A stretch of 64,000 nucleotides of DNA from Candidatus Bathyarchaeota archaeon (GTDB lineage Archaea; Thermoproteota; Bathyarchaeia; Bathyarchaeales; Bathycorpusculaceae): contig CAVYRJ010000004.1 in assembly GCA_963770935.1 (NCBI GenBank), forward strand, positions 64,001 to 128,000, written 5' to 3'. Numbering within the stretch: position 1 is the first letter of the stretch; the number at the start of each line of letters is the position of its first letter. Under the pieces are notes generated by a model that made no database searches, was not told the DNA's origin, and saw only the letters and a program-made list of their open reading frames with translations. Made by a program: the position numbers and the translations under genes. Shown here piece after piece: positions 10,400 to 20,388 of this stretch.

Positions 10400-11341
10400 A
10401 TGGTAATGCAAGCATTCGAGATGAATTCATCAACAAAGATGAAACCGTTTATAGTTGTCGGCATACCAGCGTTTAACGAAGAGCAAACTATTGCACGAGT
10501 AATTCTGGAAGCTCAAAAATTTGCAAGTAAAGTTGTTGTCTGCGATGATGGATCTACGGACTATACTGCAAAAATCTCAGAAGGCTTAGGCGCTGATGTG
10601 ATTAGGCATGAGAAGAATAGTGGTTACGGGGCTTCGATCAAAAGTCTTTTCTTACGTGCTAACGAGTTGAATGCTGATGTTTTTGTTACTTTAGATGCCG
10701 ATGGTCAACATGAGCCAAATGAGATTCCACTTGTAATCAAACCCATTGTTGAGGGCGCAGCTGATGTGGTGATTGGCAGCCGATTTGTTAATAAAAATGG
10801 AACAATAGAGATGCCGCTTTACAGGCAACTTGGTGCTAAACTTATTACCAAAATGGTTAACGGTTCAGCAAAGAACGGCGTATCTGACTCTCAAAGTGGT
10901 TTTAGAGCTTATAGTCAATTAGCATTGGATCGCCTTAACTTCTTTGAGGATGGCATGGGAGCCAGTGTCGAAATACTGCTTAAAGCCAGCAAACAAGATT
11001 TGCGTATTGTTGAGGTTCCAAGTACATGCAAGTATAATACAAGTAGTGGTGATACGTCTTCTGAGAATCCAGTAACACACGCTATGGGAGTAATTTTTTC
11101 ATTGATCCGTTTAGTTGTGGAAGAAAGACCATTATTGTTTTTGGGTGTTCCTAGTTTATTTTGTTTGCTCGCTGGTGTTGGATTTGGAGTATGGATGTTG
11201 CAGATTTATGCCGCAATACAAATTATAGAAACAAATGTTGCATTGGCATCGTTGGCGTTTATTTTAATAGGATTCTTTATGTTATCGACTTCTATCACGT
11301 TGTATGCTATAGCTAGAATATCAGAAAAATTCGCCAAATAA
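10400..11341 (+). CDS. GT2 polyprenol-phosphate glycosyltransferase (DPM1/AglJ-like) with two C-terminal TM helices
   Basis: IPAFNEE, DDGSTD, TLDADGQH, VIGSRF, DSQSGFRAY and a hydrophobic C-terminal hairpin. Confidence 0.88.
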   Translation: MVMQAFEMNSSTKMKPFIVVGIPAFNEEQTIARVILEAQKFASKVVVCDDGSTDYTAKISEGLGADVIRHEKNSGYGASIKSLFLRANELNADVFVTLDADGQHEPNEIPLVIKPIVEGAADVVIGSRFVNKNGTIEMPLYRQLGAKLITKMVNGSAKNGVSDSQSGFRAYSQLALDRLNFFEDGMGASVEILLKASKQDLRIVEVPSTCKYNTSSGDTSSENPVTHAMGVIFSLIRLVVEERPLLFLGVPSLFCLLAGVGFGVWMLQIYAAIQIIETNVALASLAFILIGFFMLSTSITLYAIARISEKFAK

Positions 11342-11350
11342 TTGCGAGGA

Positions 11351-12284
11351 ATGAATTATTAGCACAAAGATCTTAGTGACAGGCGGTTTGGGCTTTATTG
11401 GCTCAAATTTAGTTCAAGAACTAGAAAAACACGGATATGATGTATGGGCTTGCGATTTGATACAATCTTGGCAGTCAAACTACGTTCGCTGTGACGTTAG
11501 TAAATTTGGCCAGGTGGAGAGGATGTTTGATGAGCATGCCTTTGATTATGTTTATCATGCGGCGGCAGAGTATGGTAGGTGGAATGGCGAGGATTACTAT
11601 GAAAACCTCTGGGCAACAAATGCTGTAGGCACTAAGAACATTCTGCGTGCGCAAGAGAAGAAGAAGTTCCGTTTGATTTTCTTTGGTAGCGCTGAAGTTT
11701 ACGGGGATTATGAGGGTGTTATGCGGGAGGACGTTATGGATACTGTTGCGATTAAGCAGATGAATGACTATGCCATTTCTAAATGGGTAAACGAAATGCA
11801 AATCCTAAATTCTGCTTCTATGTTTGGAACTGAGACGGTTAGGATGCGGTTGTTTAATGTTTATGGCGTAGGCGAGCATTATACGCCCTACCGGGGTTGG
11901 ATTCCCAAATTTATCTACAAAGCAATGCATGATGAGCCTTATACTGTTTTTTTGGGTCATAAGCGTACTCTTGAATATGTTGAGGACCTCTGCAGAGCAT
12001 TCGCTAATATTATTGATAATTTTAAGTCGGGTGAGGTTTACAACTTTGGCGGAGAGACTCAGTATGATATCAAGTTTGTTTCTGATTTGATATTGAAGAA
12101 CCTGAATAAAGATGACTCCAAAGTTACTTACAAAGACTCAGAGCCTTTTACGACTAAAATAAAGACTCCAGATGCGTCCAAGGCAAGGAAGGATTTGGAT
12201 TTTAAATTGACCGTGGCCCCAGAAGATGGTATTCGTAGGACTGTGGATTGGTTCAAAGAACTTTACGATAAACAGAGTGTTTGA
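11351..12284 (+). CDS. NAD-dependent epimerase/dehydratase
   Basis: KILVTGGLGFIGS begins upstream of the GTG at 11376. ATG 11351 is one base out of frame (probable +1 indel) or the start is ATT. YAISK catalytic motif, RLFNVYG. Confidence 0.85.
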
Positions 12285-12297
12285 TGGGGCGTTTAGT

Positions 12298-13299
12298 TTG
12301 AACAAAAAAGTGCTTGATGTGTTTGATGGAAAGACTGTTTTGGTGACTGGTGGCGCTGGTGCTATTGGTTCTAACTTGGTTAAGAAGCTGTGCGAACTGA
12401 AGACAAAGAAGATCATAATTATTGATGATTTTTCTTCATCTTATGATTGGAATGTGCCTGTAAGCCCAAAAATTACTTTGATTAAGGGTAACATTTTAGA
12501 TGATGAGAAGTTGAAGTGGGCATTTAAGGAGAGACCTGAGATTGTTTATCATCTTGCTGCTCATTTTGCTAATCAGAATTCAGTTGATAATCCCGAAACT
12601 GATTTGATGGTTAATGGTATGGGTATTTTGAGGGTTCTTGAGTTTGCGCATTTGGTTGGGGTAGAGCGTTTTGTTTATGCTTCTTCGGGTTGTGGTATTT
12701 ATGGTGCTGATTCGAAGATGCCGTTTGAAGAGCATGATGTTTCGATGAAGCTTTACACGCCATATCAAGTGACAAAGATGTTAGGCGAGCTCTATACTAA
12801 TTATTATTTTAATTTGTATCATCTTCCAATTGTTAATGCGAGATTTTTTAATTCGTATGGTCCTGGTGAGGTTCCGGGAAAGTACAGAAATGTTATCCCG
12901 AATTTCTTTTATTGGGCAATTAACAAGCAACCATTGCCTATTACGGGTACTGGTGATGAGACTAGGGATTTTACTTTTGTTGGGGATCTCGTTAATGGTT
13001 TGTTATCTATGGCGTATTATAAGGAGGCGATTGGAGAGGCTTTTAATTTGGCGACTGCGAAAGAGATTCGGATTGGTGATCTGGCTTTGTGGATTAATGA
13101 ATTAACTGGTAATAAGGCTGGAGTTGTTTTCACTGAAAGGCGTGATTGGGACAAGAAAAATCGGCTCTTGGCATCGATTGATAAAGCAAGCCGGGTTCTC
13201 GGATACGATCCGTGTATGGATTTCAAAGAAGGACTAAAGAAAGTAAATGCCTGGTTTGTTGAAAACTGGGAAAATATCGATGCCTCATATAAAAATTAA
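12298..13299 (+). CDS. NAD-dependent epimerase/dehydratase
   Basis: VLVTGGAGAIGSN, YHLAAHFANQNS, TPYQVTK, RFFNSYGP, GDETRDFTFV. TTG start just after the previous stop. Confidence 0.88.
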   Translation: MNKKVLDVFDGKTVLVTGGAGAIGSNLVKKLCELKTKKIIIIDDFSSSYDWNVPVSPKITLIKGNILDDEKLKWAFKERPEIVYHLAAHFANQNSVDNPETDLMVNGMGILRVLEFAHLVGVERFVYASSGCGIYGADSKMPFEEHDVSMKLYTPYQVTKMLGELYTNYYFNLYHLPIVNARFFNSYGPGEVPGKYRNVIPNFFYWAINKQPLPITGTGDETRDFTFVGDLVNGLLSMAYYKEAIGEAFNLATAKEIRIGDLALWINELTGNKAGVVFTERRDWDKKNRLLASIDKASRVLGYDPCMDFKEGLKKVNAWFVENWENIDASYKN

Positions 13300-13330
13300 A
13301 AGCAAAAAGACTAATTGAGCAAGAACTGTT

Positions 13331-15397
13331 TTGTGTGGCATTTTTGGGCTATTAATCGGTGAGGATCTAAAGCTCTCACCCAAAGATCTAATGCAAGTCT
13401 TAAACAGCATTTTTAAGTTGTCAGAGTCTCGTGGTAAAGAAGCGTCAGGGTTAGCTGTTAGACTTAAGGATTCAATTTATGTGCTTAAGGAGCCAATTAC
13501 CTCATCAAAACTAGTTAAGACCTCAAGGTACAAAGAGCTGTTCAATCAAACAATAAACACTGAGGGATATAATGGCTATCAGTTGCAAGCTCCAATTTTA
13601 ATCTTGGGTCATTCACGCTTGCAAACTAACGGTCAAAGTGAAATCAACGCTAACAATCAGCCCGTTGTGAAGGATGGAGCCGTTGGAATCCATAATGGAA
13701 TTATTGTTAATGATGATAAATTATGGAAATCATTTTCTGAACTAAAAAAGAAATATGATGTTGATACAGAGGTATTTCTTGGTTTATTGCAGATGTTTCG
13801 GGCTCAAGGCAAATCTGTAATTGAAGCTTTAAAGCTTGTTTTTGAACAAATTGAGGGTTCAGCTTCTGTGGCTGTTGAATTTGATGATGTTAATAATCTT
13901 ATACTTGCATCAAACACTGGTTCACTTTATATGGCTTTGGACAAAAGTGAGAAGATTTTGGTGTTTGCTTCTGAAAAATATATTCTTCAACAGGTTCTTA
14001 ATAATAAATTATTAAGAAATCTCTTCGCTGAATGGCAAATAACACAGGTTAAGGCAGGTCAAGGTTACCTATTCGATCTTAATTTAACAAAAAAGCAGAT
14101 GTTTTCATTAAATGAGACTTCAGTTGAAAATGCCGCTGTTTGTCAATCAAAGTCAAAAGCCAAAATCTATGAACTCTACGACCAGCAATCTCCACTACTT
14201 CCAGACCCAAGCCAATACCTTTTGGGAGAAGATATTAAACGAGTGATGATTCAAAACTGGAAAGCACTTTATTCAAGTGAAACTTCGCTAAAAAGGTGTA
14301 ACCGTTGCCTTTTGCCTGAGACGATGCCTTTCATATGCTTTGATCAAGAAGGCGTTTGTAGTTATTGTAGAGATTATGAGACAAGAGGTAATTACCTGAA
14401 AGGAGAAAAAGCGCTTGAAGAATTTATTTCTCAGTATCGGAGTAATTCAGGCGAACCAGATGTTCTTTTGGGTTTTAGTGGTGGAAGAGACAGCGCATTT
14501 GGATTGGACTACATTAAGAATACTTTGGGTTTGCATCCCATAACTTTTACATACGATTGGGGGATGGTAAACGACCTTGCTCGCAGAAATCAAGCAAGAG
14601 TAGTTGGTAAACTGGGCATAGAACACATTGTTATTTCAGCTGACATTCGAACTAAACGTACAAACATACGTAAGAATTTGAAGGCTTGGTTGAAAAGACC
14701 AGATCTAGGTATGGTTCCCATACTTATGGCTGGAGACAAGCAATTTTATTATTATTTTCACAAGGTTCGAAAGCAAACTGGAATAAAGCTGTTCATTTTC
14801 TGCGGTGGATATGAAGGTGAAGAAGGAACTGGACTTTTCAAGTACGGGTTTTGTAACGTTACAACTCAAGGTAATAAGAATGCGTTGAAGCGAATGACTG
14901 GTATTTCACGAAAAAATAAGTTAAAAATAATGTATTATTATCTGAAGCAATTTGTTATGAACCCTGCTTATATTAACAAGTCAATATTTGATACTTTGTT
15001 TGCCTATTATTCCTCTTATGTATTGACTGATGATTATTTGTATCTTTTCCACTATTTGGATTGGGACGAAAGCAAAATTGTAAATTCTATAACTGAGAAG
15101 TTCAATTGGGAAAGAGAGACTGATACAATTGCAACTTGGCGCACTGACGATGGTACAGCAGCATTCTATAACTATATTTATATGACGTTGGCAGGGTTTA
15201 CTGAGTTTGACATTTTTAGGAGCCATCAAATACGAGAAGGTAAACTGACCAGAGCTCAAGCGTTTGAAATCATAAAAGAAGAAAACAAACCTCGTTTCAA
15301 ATCCATAGAATGGTATGGACAAGCCATTGATTTTGACATGAACAAAGCTATAGAAACAATAAACTCGGCACCAAGACTTTACCCGAAAACCAAATAA
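13331..15397 (+). CDS. Fusion of class II (Ntn) glutamine amidotransferase and PP-loop N-acetyl-sugar amidotransferase (WbpG/WbuX-like)
   Basis: MCGIFG with N-terminal Cys, SRG, GHSRL, HNGII, DTE. The second half has CNRC-x-CSYC, PP-loop GFSGGRDS and IREGKLTRAQA. Confidence 0.8.
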   Translation: MCGIFGLLIGEDLKLSPKDLMQVLNSIFKLSESRGKEASGLAVRLKDSIYVLKEPITSSKLVKTSRYKELFNQTINTEGYNGYQLQAPILILGHSRLQTNGQSEINANNQPVVKDGAVGIHNGIIVNDDKLWKSFSELKKKYDVDTEVFLGLLQMFRAQGKSVIEALKLVFEQIEGSASVAVEFDDVNNLILASNTGSLYMALDKSEKILVFASEKYILQQVLNNKLLRNLFAEWQITQVKAGQGYLFDLNLTKKQMFSLNETSVENAAVCQSKSKAKIYELYDQQSPLLPDPSQYLLGEDIKRVMIQNWKALYSSETSLKRCNRCLLPETMPFICFDQEGVCSYCRDYETRGNYLKGEKALEEFISQYRSNSGEPDVLLGFSGGRDSAFGLDYIKNTLGLHPITFTYDWGMVNDLARRNQARVVGKLGIEHIVISADIRTKRTNIRKNLKAWLKRPDLGMVPILMAGDKQFYYYFHKVRKQTGIKLFIFCGGYEGEEGTGLFKYGFCNVTTQGNKNALKRMTGISRKNKLKIMYYYLKQFVMNPAYINKSIFDTLFAYYSSYVLTDDYLYLFHYLDWDESKIVNSITEKFNWERETDTIATWRTDDGTAAFYNYIYMTLAGFTEFDIFRSHQIREGKLTRAQAFEIIKEENKPRFKSIEWYGQAIDFDMNKAIETINSAPRLYPKTK

Positions 15398-15401
15398 ACC
15401 A

Positions 15402-16658
15402 TTGATAAAGAAAAAGTTGAGCTCCCAGAAACTTCAAGATAAAGCAAAATCATCATTGAAGGTCCTTATTATCGGTGAATACTTTCCGCCAGATATAGGT
15501 GGCGCGGCAACTAGAGCAAATAACGTTGCAAAAGGACTTGCATTGAATGGTTGCGATGTCACTATAGTTACGGCTTTTCCCCATTATCCGACTGGAAATA
15601 TTCCTAAAGAATACAAGCACAAGCCATTAAAAGTCGAATATACAGGAAATTCAAGGGTTATCAGAACTTTCGTTTTTCCTTTAATGTCAGAAGGGCTTCA
15701 TAAAAGGCTGGTTATTTTTTGCTCGTTTATTGTTTCAACTTTGTTTGCTTTGCCGTTTGTTGGGAAAATTGATGTAGTTTGGGCTGCAAACCCTGATGTG
15801 TTTGTGCTTTTGCCAGCTAACATATATGGAAGTATTAAGAGACGGCCTATAGTGTCCAATGTTGACGATTTGATTATTGAGGATTTATATGATTTAAATT
15901 TAGTTCAAAGAGGGTCGGTTACTTCGAAATTAGCTGAGTTTTTTACTAGGGTGCTTTTTGCTAAAGTTAAAGCGGTTACACCGATAAGTCCAGGATATAT
16001 TCAAACCTTAAGAAAATATGGGGTAGACAAAAATGACATTCAGGTAGTGAGAGGAGGTGTGGATTTGGATGTTTTCAAACCACAATCCAAACATAAAGTT
16101 GGGAAAAAATTTACAGTATTGTATTCCGGCGGCTTTTCGATAGCATATGATTTTGAACAAATATTCAAGGCTGCAAAAATTATTGAGGCCATAGATCCTG
16201 CCGTTGAGTTTGTTATTCAAGGGAAAGGAGAGCTCTTAAATTCTATGCGTTCAAAAGTTAATGAACTAAAATTGAAAAGTGTGCAGATCCTTGATAAGTT
16301 ACTAAGCAGGGAAGAGGTGGGTGAGTTTTTGAGTCAGGCAGATGTGTTGATTTTGCCTCTTGCTGATTTTAAAACGCCTTATCGTGGTATGTCATCTAAA
16401 CTTTATGAGTATCAAGCTGCTGGAAAGCCGATAATTTGCTGCAGCAAAGGTATACCGAAAGATTATGTGGAAGAAACAAATTCAGGGTTGTGTGTTAATC
16501 CAGGGGATTACAAAGCTCTGGCAAAAGCAGTAATGGACTTGCGTTTGAATGAGAAGATCGCGAAAACAATGGGCATTAATGGGAGAAAACTTGTGGAAAA
16601 GGAAGACTCAATTCAGGCCATTGGATTACAAATGAAAACAATCTTAGAATCCTGTTAA
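15402..16658 (+). CDS. Glycosyltransferase family 4 (WbuB-like)
   Basis: EYFPPDIGGAATR, TAFPHYPTG, SSKLYEYQAAGKPII. Confidence 0.9.
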   Translation: MIKKKLSSQKLQDKAKSSLKVLIIGEYFPPDIGGAATRANNVAKGLALNGCDVTIVTAFPHYPTGNIPKEYKHKPLKVEYTGNSRVIRTFVFPLMSEGLHKRLVIFCSFIVSTLFALPFVGKIDVVWAANPDVFVLLPANIYGSIKRRPIVSNVDDLIIEDLYDLNLVQRGSVTSKLAEFFTRVLFAKVKAVTPISPGYIQTLRKYGVDKNDIQVVRGGVDLDVFKPQSKHKVGKKFTVLYSGGFSIAYDFEQIFKAAKIIEAIDPAVEFVIQGKGELLNSMRSKVNELKLKSVQILDKLLSREEVGEFLSQADVLILPLADFKTPYRGMSSKLYEYQAAGKPIICCSKGIPKDYVEETNSGLCVNPGDYKALAKAVMDLRLNEKIAKTMGINGRKLVEKEDSIQAIGLQMKTILESC

Positions 16659-16671
16659 GTGGGAATTTTCA

Positions 16672-17856
16672 TTGAAAATTTTATCAGTGATTCCTTATTT
16701 TTACCCTGCTGAATTTTTCGGAGGTCCTGTTAAGATAGCCTTCGATTTAGGTAAAGAATTGGTCAAAAGGGGTAATGAGGTTTTTGTCTATACCTCTGAT
16801 GCTTTGGACTTGAATAACAGAGTTAAAAAAAAAGAAATTGAAATAGAAGGGATGTGCGTACATTATTTCAAAAATTTATCAATGTTTTCGGTTAAGGCAT
16901 CTAAACTTTTTTTGACACCTGAAATGTATAAACAATTGTACATTGATTTGAGCAGTTTAGATTCATTTGACATTATTCATGTTCATGAATATTCAACTTA
17001 CCAAAATATCATTGTCCGCCAATTAGCAAAAAAATATGGTGTTCCATATGTTCTTCAAGCTCATGGGTCATTGCCAATAATTGGTCGAGAAGGCAGGCGA
17101 TGGCTTTTTGATGCTTTTTTTGGTCATAACCTATTAAAAGATGCTGCAAAAGTAATTGCCTTAAACCGTATGGAAGTTAACCAATATAGCCTAGCAGGGG
17201 TACCGGCTGAAAAAATAGCTTTGATTCCTAATGGAATTGATTTATCTCAATTCGCAGACTTGCCCATAAGAGGTCGTTTTAGAAAAAAATTTGGCATAAA
17301 TGAGAACAAACAAATATTGTTATTCCTAGGAAGGCTAAATAAAATAAAAGGTCTTGATACCCTTGTTATTGCTTTTAAGCAAATAATTAAAGAATCTAAG
17401 AATATCATACTTATAATAGCTGGTCCAGACGACGGTTATCTTGATTCGCTTAAAAACTTGGTTAGTTCTTTGAAAATGGGCAATAATGTTTTGCTGGTCG
17501 GACCTTTATATGGCGAAGATAAGCTTTCCGCATATGTAGATGCTGACGTATACGTTTTGCCTTCTACATATGAAACATTCCCTGTTACAATATTGGAAGC
17601 ATATGCATGTTCCAAACCTGTAATTGCCTCAAATATTGGTAGTTTAAACAATCTCGTTTTTGACGGAGTGACAGGTCTTTTGGTTGAAGCAAGCTCTGCA
17701 AAGAAGCTAGCGCAAAGTGTTATTTCATTGTTGAATGATCCTAAAAAAGCGAAGGAAATGGGGTTAAACGGAAGAAGGCTCGTTTACGAAAATTATAATA
17801 CAGAAAAAATTGGAGAAATGTTTGAGACTATATACAATTCAATTCTTTGCTCGTAA
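16672..17856 (+). CDS. Glycosyltransferase family 4
   Basis: FGGPVK, IPNGID, FLGRLNKIKGLD, ETFPVTILEAYACSKPVI. Confidence 0.92.
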   Translation: MKILSVIPYFYPAEFFGGPVKIAFDLGKELVKRGNEVFVYTSDALDLNNRVKKKEIEIEGMCVHYFKNLSMFSVKASKLFLTPEMYKQLYIDLSSLDSFDIIHVHEYSTYQNIIVRQLAKKYGVPYVLQAHGSLPIIGREGRRWLFDAFFGHNLLKDAAKVIALNRMEVNQYSLAGVPAEKIALIPNGIDLSQFADLPIRGRFRKKFGINENKQILLFLGRLNKIKGLDTLVIAFKQIIKESKNIILIIAGPDDGYLDSLKNLVSSLKMGNNVLLVGPLYGEDKLSAYVDADVYVLPSTYETFPVTILEAYACSKPVIASNIGSLNNLVFDGVTGLLVEASSAKKLAQSVISLLNDPKKAKEMGLNGRRLVYENYNTEKIGEMFETIYNSILCS

Positions 17857-17898
17857 AGTTACTTGGTAATATTTCAATAAAGGTTTTAGTTTATTTCG

Positions 17899-18999
17899 AT
17901 GAAAGATAAAGTTCTAAATATACATTACTATGTTGAATTATCGAGTGCTACTCTTCATGCTAGAGCTCTTCCCTTAGCTCGGTCTTTGAAAAAACACCGA
18001 ATCCACTGTAAAATTGTTTTACCTATAAAATGGTCTTCGATAGCAGGAGGAAAGCTTTGCGAGATTCTATCGATTTTTTTAACTCATAATCCTAAGGATT
18101 ACATTAAAACCCTTCAAATTAGACCTGCAGCAGTAATTATCGGAAGATCATCATCAGTTAACCTTTTTTTGTTCCAGACCCTTCTGAGACTTCGAGGAAT
18201 TAAAGTCATTTTCGACTTAGACGATGCAGTAATTTTGCCTTCAATCTCTTTTTTAGGGGCAAAAGTCAGGAGCCCCGCTTATTTTTGCGCTGAGAAAATG
18301 CTCCAGCATTCTGATTCTGTCATTGTCAACGGAAATTACCTTTTATCTTATTCTAAACGTTTCAACAACAAGGTAACTGTAATTCATGTTCCAGTTGACA
18401 CCGAACTTTTCCACCCAAGAAAAAAATTGTTTTCATCCAAAATAACAATTGGCTGGCAGGGTAATCCTGCAAATCACTATGATAATTTAGCGATGTTAAT
18501 CAAACCATTGGAAACACTGGCTAAGGAACATAATATTAGATTTAAAATGGCATCGTCTATGGGAGACGCTAAAGTCAAACAGATGTTTGAACATTTGGAG
18601 AATCTGATAGAAATAGACTATGGTTCCGATCACTGGCTCTCTCTTAGGCAATTTGCAGAACAATTGTTTGATTTTGATATCATGGTTGCACCGTTGGCAA
18701 CAAACAATTGGAATCAAGGCAAGAGCGCTTTGCGAGTCAGTGCGGGTATGGCTATGGGAATTCCAGTCGTCGCAAGCCCAGTGGGAGAGCAAAAATATGT
18801 TGTCCACCATGGAGTGAATGGGTTTCTGGCAGCTAACGAAATAGAATGGTATAGTTTTCTTAAAGTTTTAGTAGAAAAAGATGAATTGCGATTTGAAATG
18901 GGTAGACATGCTAGAGAAACAAGTGAAAATGAGTTATCTCTAGATATTTCGGGTAAAAGATTGAATTTGATAATCAGGAGTCTGCAAGAGTGCTCTTAG
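17899..18999 (+). CDS. Glycosyltransferase family 4-like
   Basis: IFDLDDA, TIGWQG, GKSALR...AMGIPVVASPVG, HGVNGFL. Confidence 0.85.
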   Translation: MKDKVLNIHYYVELSSATLHARALPLARSLKKHRIHCKIVLPIKWSSIAGGKLCEILSIFLTHNPKDYIKTLQIRPAAVIIGRSSSVNLFLFQTLLRLRGIKVIFDLDDAVILPSISFLGAKVRSPAYFCAEKMLQHSDSVIVNGNYLLSYSKRFNNKVTVIHVPVDTELFHPRKKLFSSKITIGWQGNPANHYDNLAMLIKPLETLAKEHNIRFKMASSMGDAKVKQMFEHLENLIEIDYGSDHWLSLRQFAEQLFDFDIMVAPLATNNWNQGKSALRVSAGMAMGIPVVASPVGEQKYVVHHGVNGFLAANEIEWYSFLKVLVEKDELRFEMGRHARETSENELSLDISGKRLNLIIRSLQECS

Positions 19000-20336
19000 A
19001 TTCAAATTCAAAAGAGATCGTTTCCAGTCAAAATCAAGAATTCAAGGAATTAACACATCAAATTCATCGGAAAAATAAGAAAGTGCTGTTTATTTTTCCT
19101 GAAAGAATTGAATTCATTAAACTTGTCAAATCATTATCGGGAACCCTATTAAAAAATAAGATCTCAATTGTTGTCTTATTGGATGAACATGAAACAAACG
19201 TTCTATTTCAAAATAAAGTAGATGGAGTTGTCTTTAAAGATCTATCCTACTATACATCGAAAAACGCTCTATGTATTCTCAATGAAGAGAAACCCAGTTT
19301 AGTTGTTACCGATAATGATCAAGAGCCGATTCGAGGAGCTTTTGTCATAACAGCGCGAATACTTAACATTCCAATTTTGATTCTGCGCGAAATGGTAATG
19401 GTTTCCAAACCCAAATTTGATCAAATGTTTTTTTTGGTTTTTCGCAAAATAGGTGAACTTCCCCGGTTATTTGCGAAGTACTTTTTCTGTTTTAATTCTA
19501 TTCTTGTTATTAAGCCATCTTATTTTTTTAATTTGTATGAGGTTTTTAAAAGATTTATTTACCATTTATCAAATCCGACCGCTGGTGAATTTGCTGATTA
19601 TATTTTGACTAATACTGATGAGGATGCACGATTGTTAGAGAGATTATTAAGGCGTCCGCGTTTCGTACTTGCAGTTGGTGATCCCCGTTTTGATGATATT
19701 GTGAATGCAACTCTTTTTGAGCGTCAGAAGATTCGGGAAGAAATTAATCGGTCCTTTAAAATTCCTGGCTATAAAAAAATAATCCTTTTTCTCTCAAGTT
19801 CTCAAGTTGAACATGGGATGTGGAGTGTGGAAAAGAAAAAACAGGTTAACACCGAAATCCTTGATTTGTTCTCGAAATTCCAAAATGATGCAGAAATAAT
19901 TATAAAACTTCATCCTGTGGAAAAGAATATATTTCCTCTCATCTGGAAACCAAATTACAGTGAGTTCATTCATGTTACTGATTTTGATGTCTCCAAACTT
20001 ATAATTGGCAGTGATTTAGTTGTTACTTGGGTTTCGACAGCCATGGTTAATGCAGTATTGGCGATGAAACCTTTAGTTGTGATCGATTTCTTCAATGATG
20101 GGGTTACTGGTGGTGTTCTTCTATCTACACAGGCAATTGTAGACAATGGTGCCGCTTTAATGGCTGTTAATAGCTATGATCTATATGATTTTACAAAACT
20201 TATTTTGAATGATAATCATTTTGTAAAGGCACTGCAGAGTAGTCAAGAACTCTTCCATAATACGTATCTGAAAAGGATTGATGGAAAGTCAATAGATAGA
20301 ATCTCTGAAACGATCATAAATATAATTGGTTGTTGA
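18990..20336 (+). CDS. GT-B fold protein of the CDP-glycerol:glycerophosphotransferase / capsule-synthesis-like group; candidate nonulosonate transferase
   Basis: VGDPRFD, IIIKLHPVE, SDLVVTWVSTAMVNAVLAMKPLVVI and DGKSIDRI are recurrent motifs of this group. Confidence 0.55.
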   Translation: MLLDSNSKEIVSSQNQEFKELTHQIHRKNKKVLFIFPERIEFIKLVKSLSGTLLKNKISIVVLLDEHETNVLFQNKVDGVVFKDLSYYTSKNALCILNEEKPSLVVTDNDQEPIRGAFVITARILNIPILILREMVMVSKPKFDQMFFLVFRKIGELPRLFAKYFFCFNSILVIKPSYFFNLYEVFKRFIYHLSNPTAGEFADYILTNTDEDARLLERLLRRPRFVLAVGDPRFDDIVNATLFERQKIREEINRSFKIPGYKKIILFLSSSQVEHGMWSVEKKKQVNTEILDLFSKFQNDAEIIIKLHPVEKNIFPLIWKPNYSEFIHVTDFDVSKLIIGSDLVVTWVSTAMVNAVLAMKPLVVIDFFNDGVTGGVLLSTQAIVDNGAALMAVNSYDLYDFTKLILNDNHFVKALQSSQELFHNTYLKRIDGKSIDRISETIINIIGC

Positions 20337-20388
20337 CATGGATAGCATTTTGGCAGGGCATTATATCTTTAAGTAGTAAAGTTCATTT

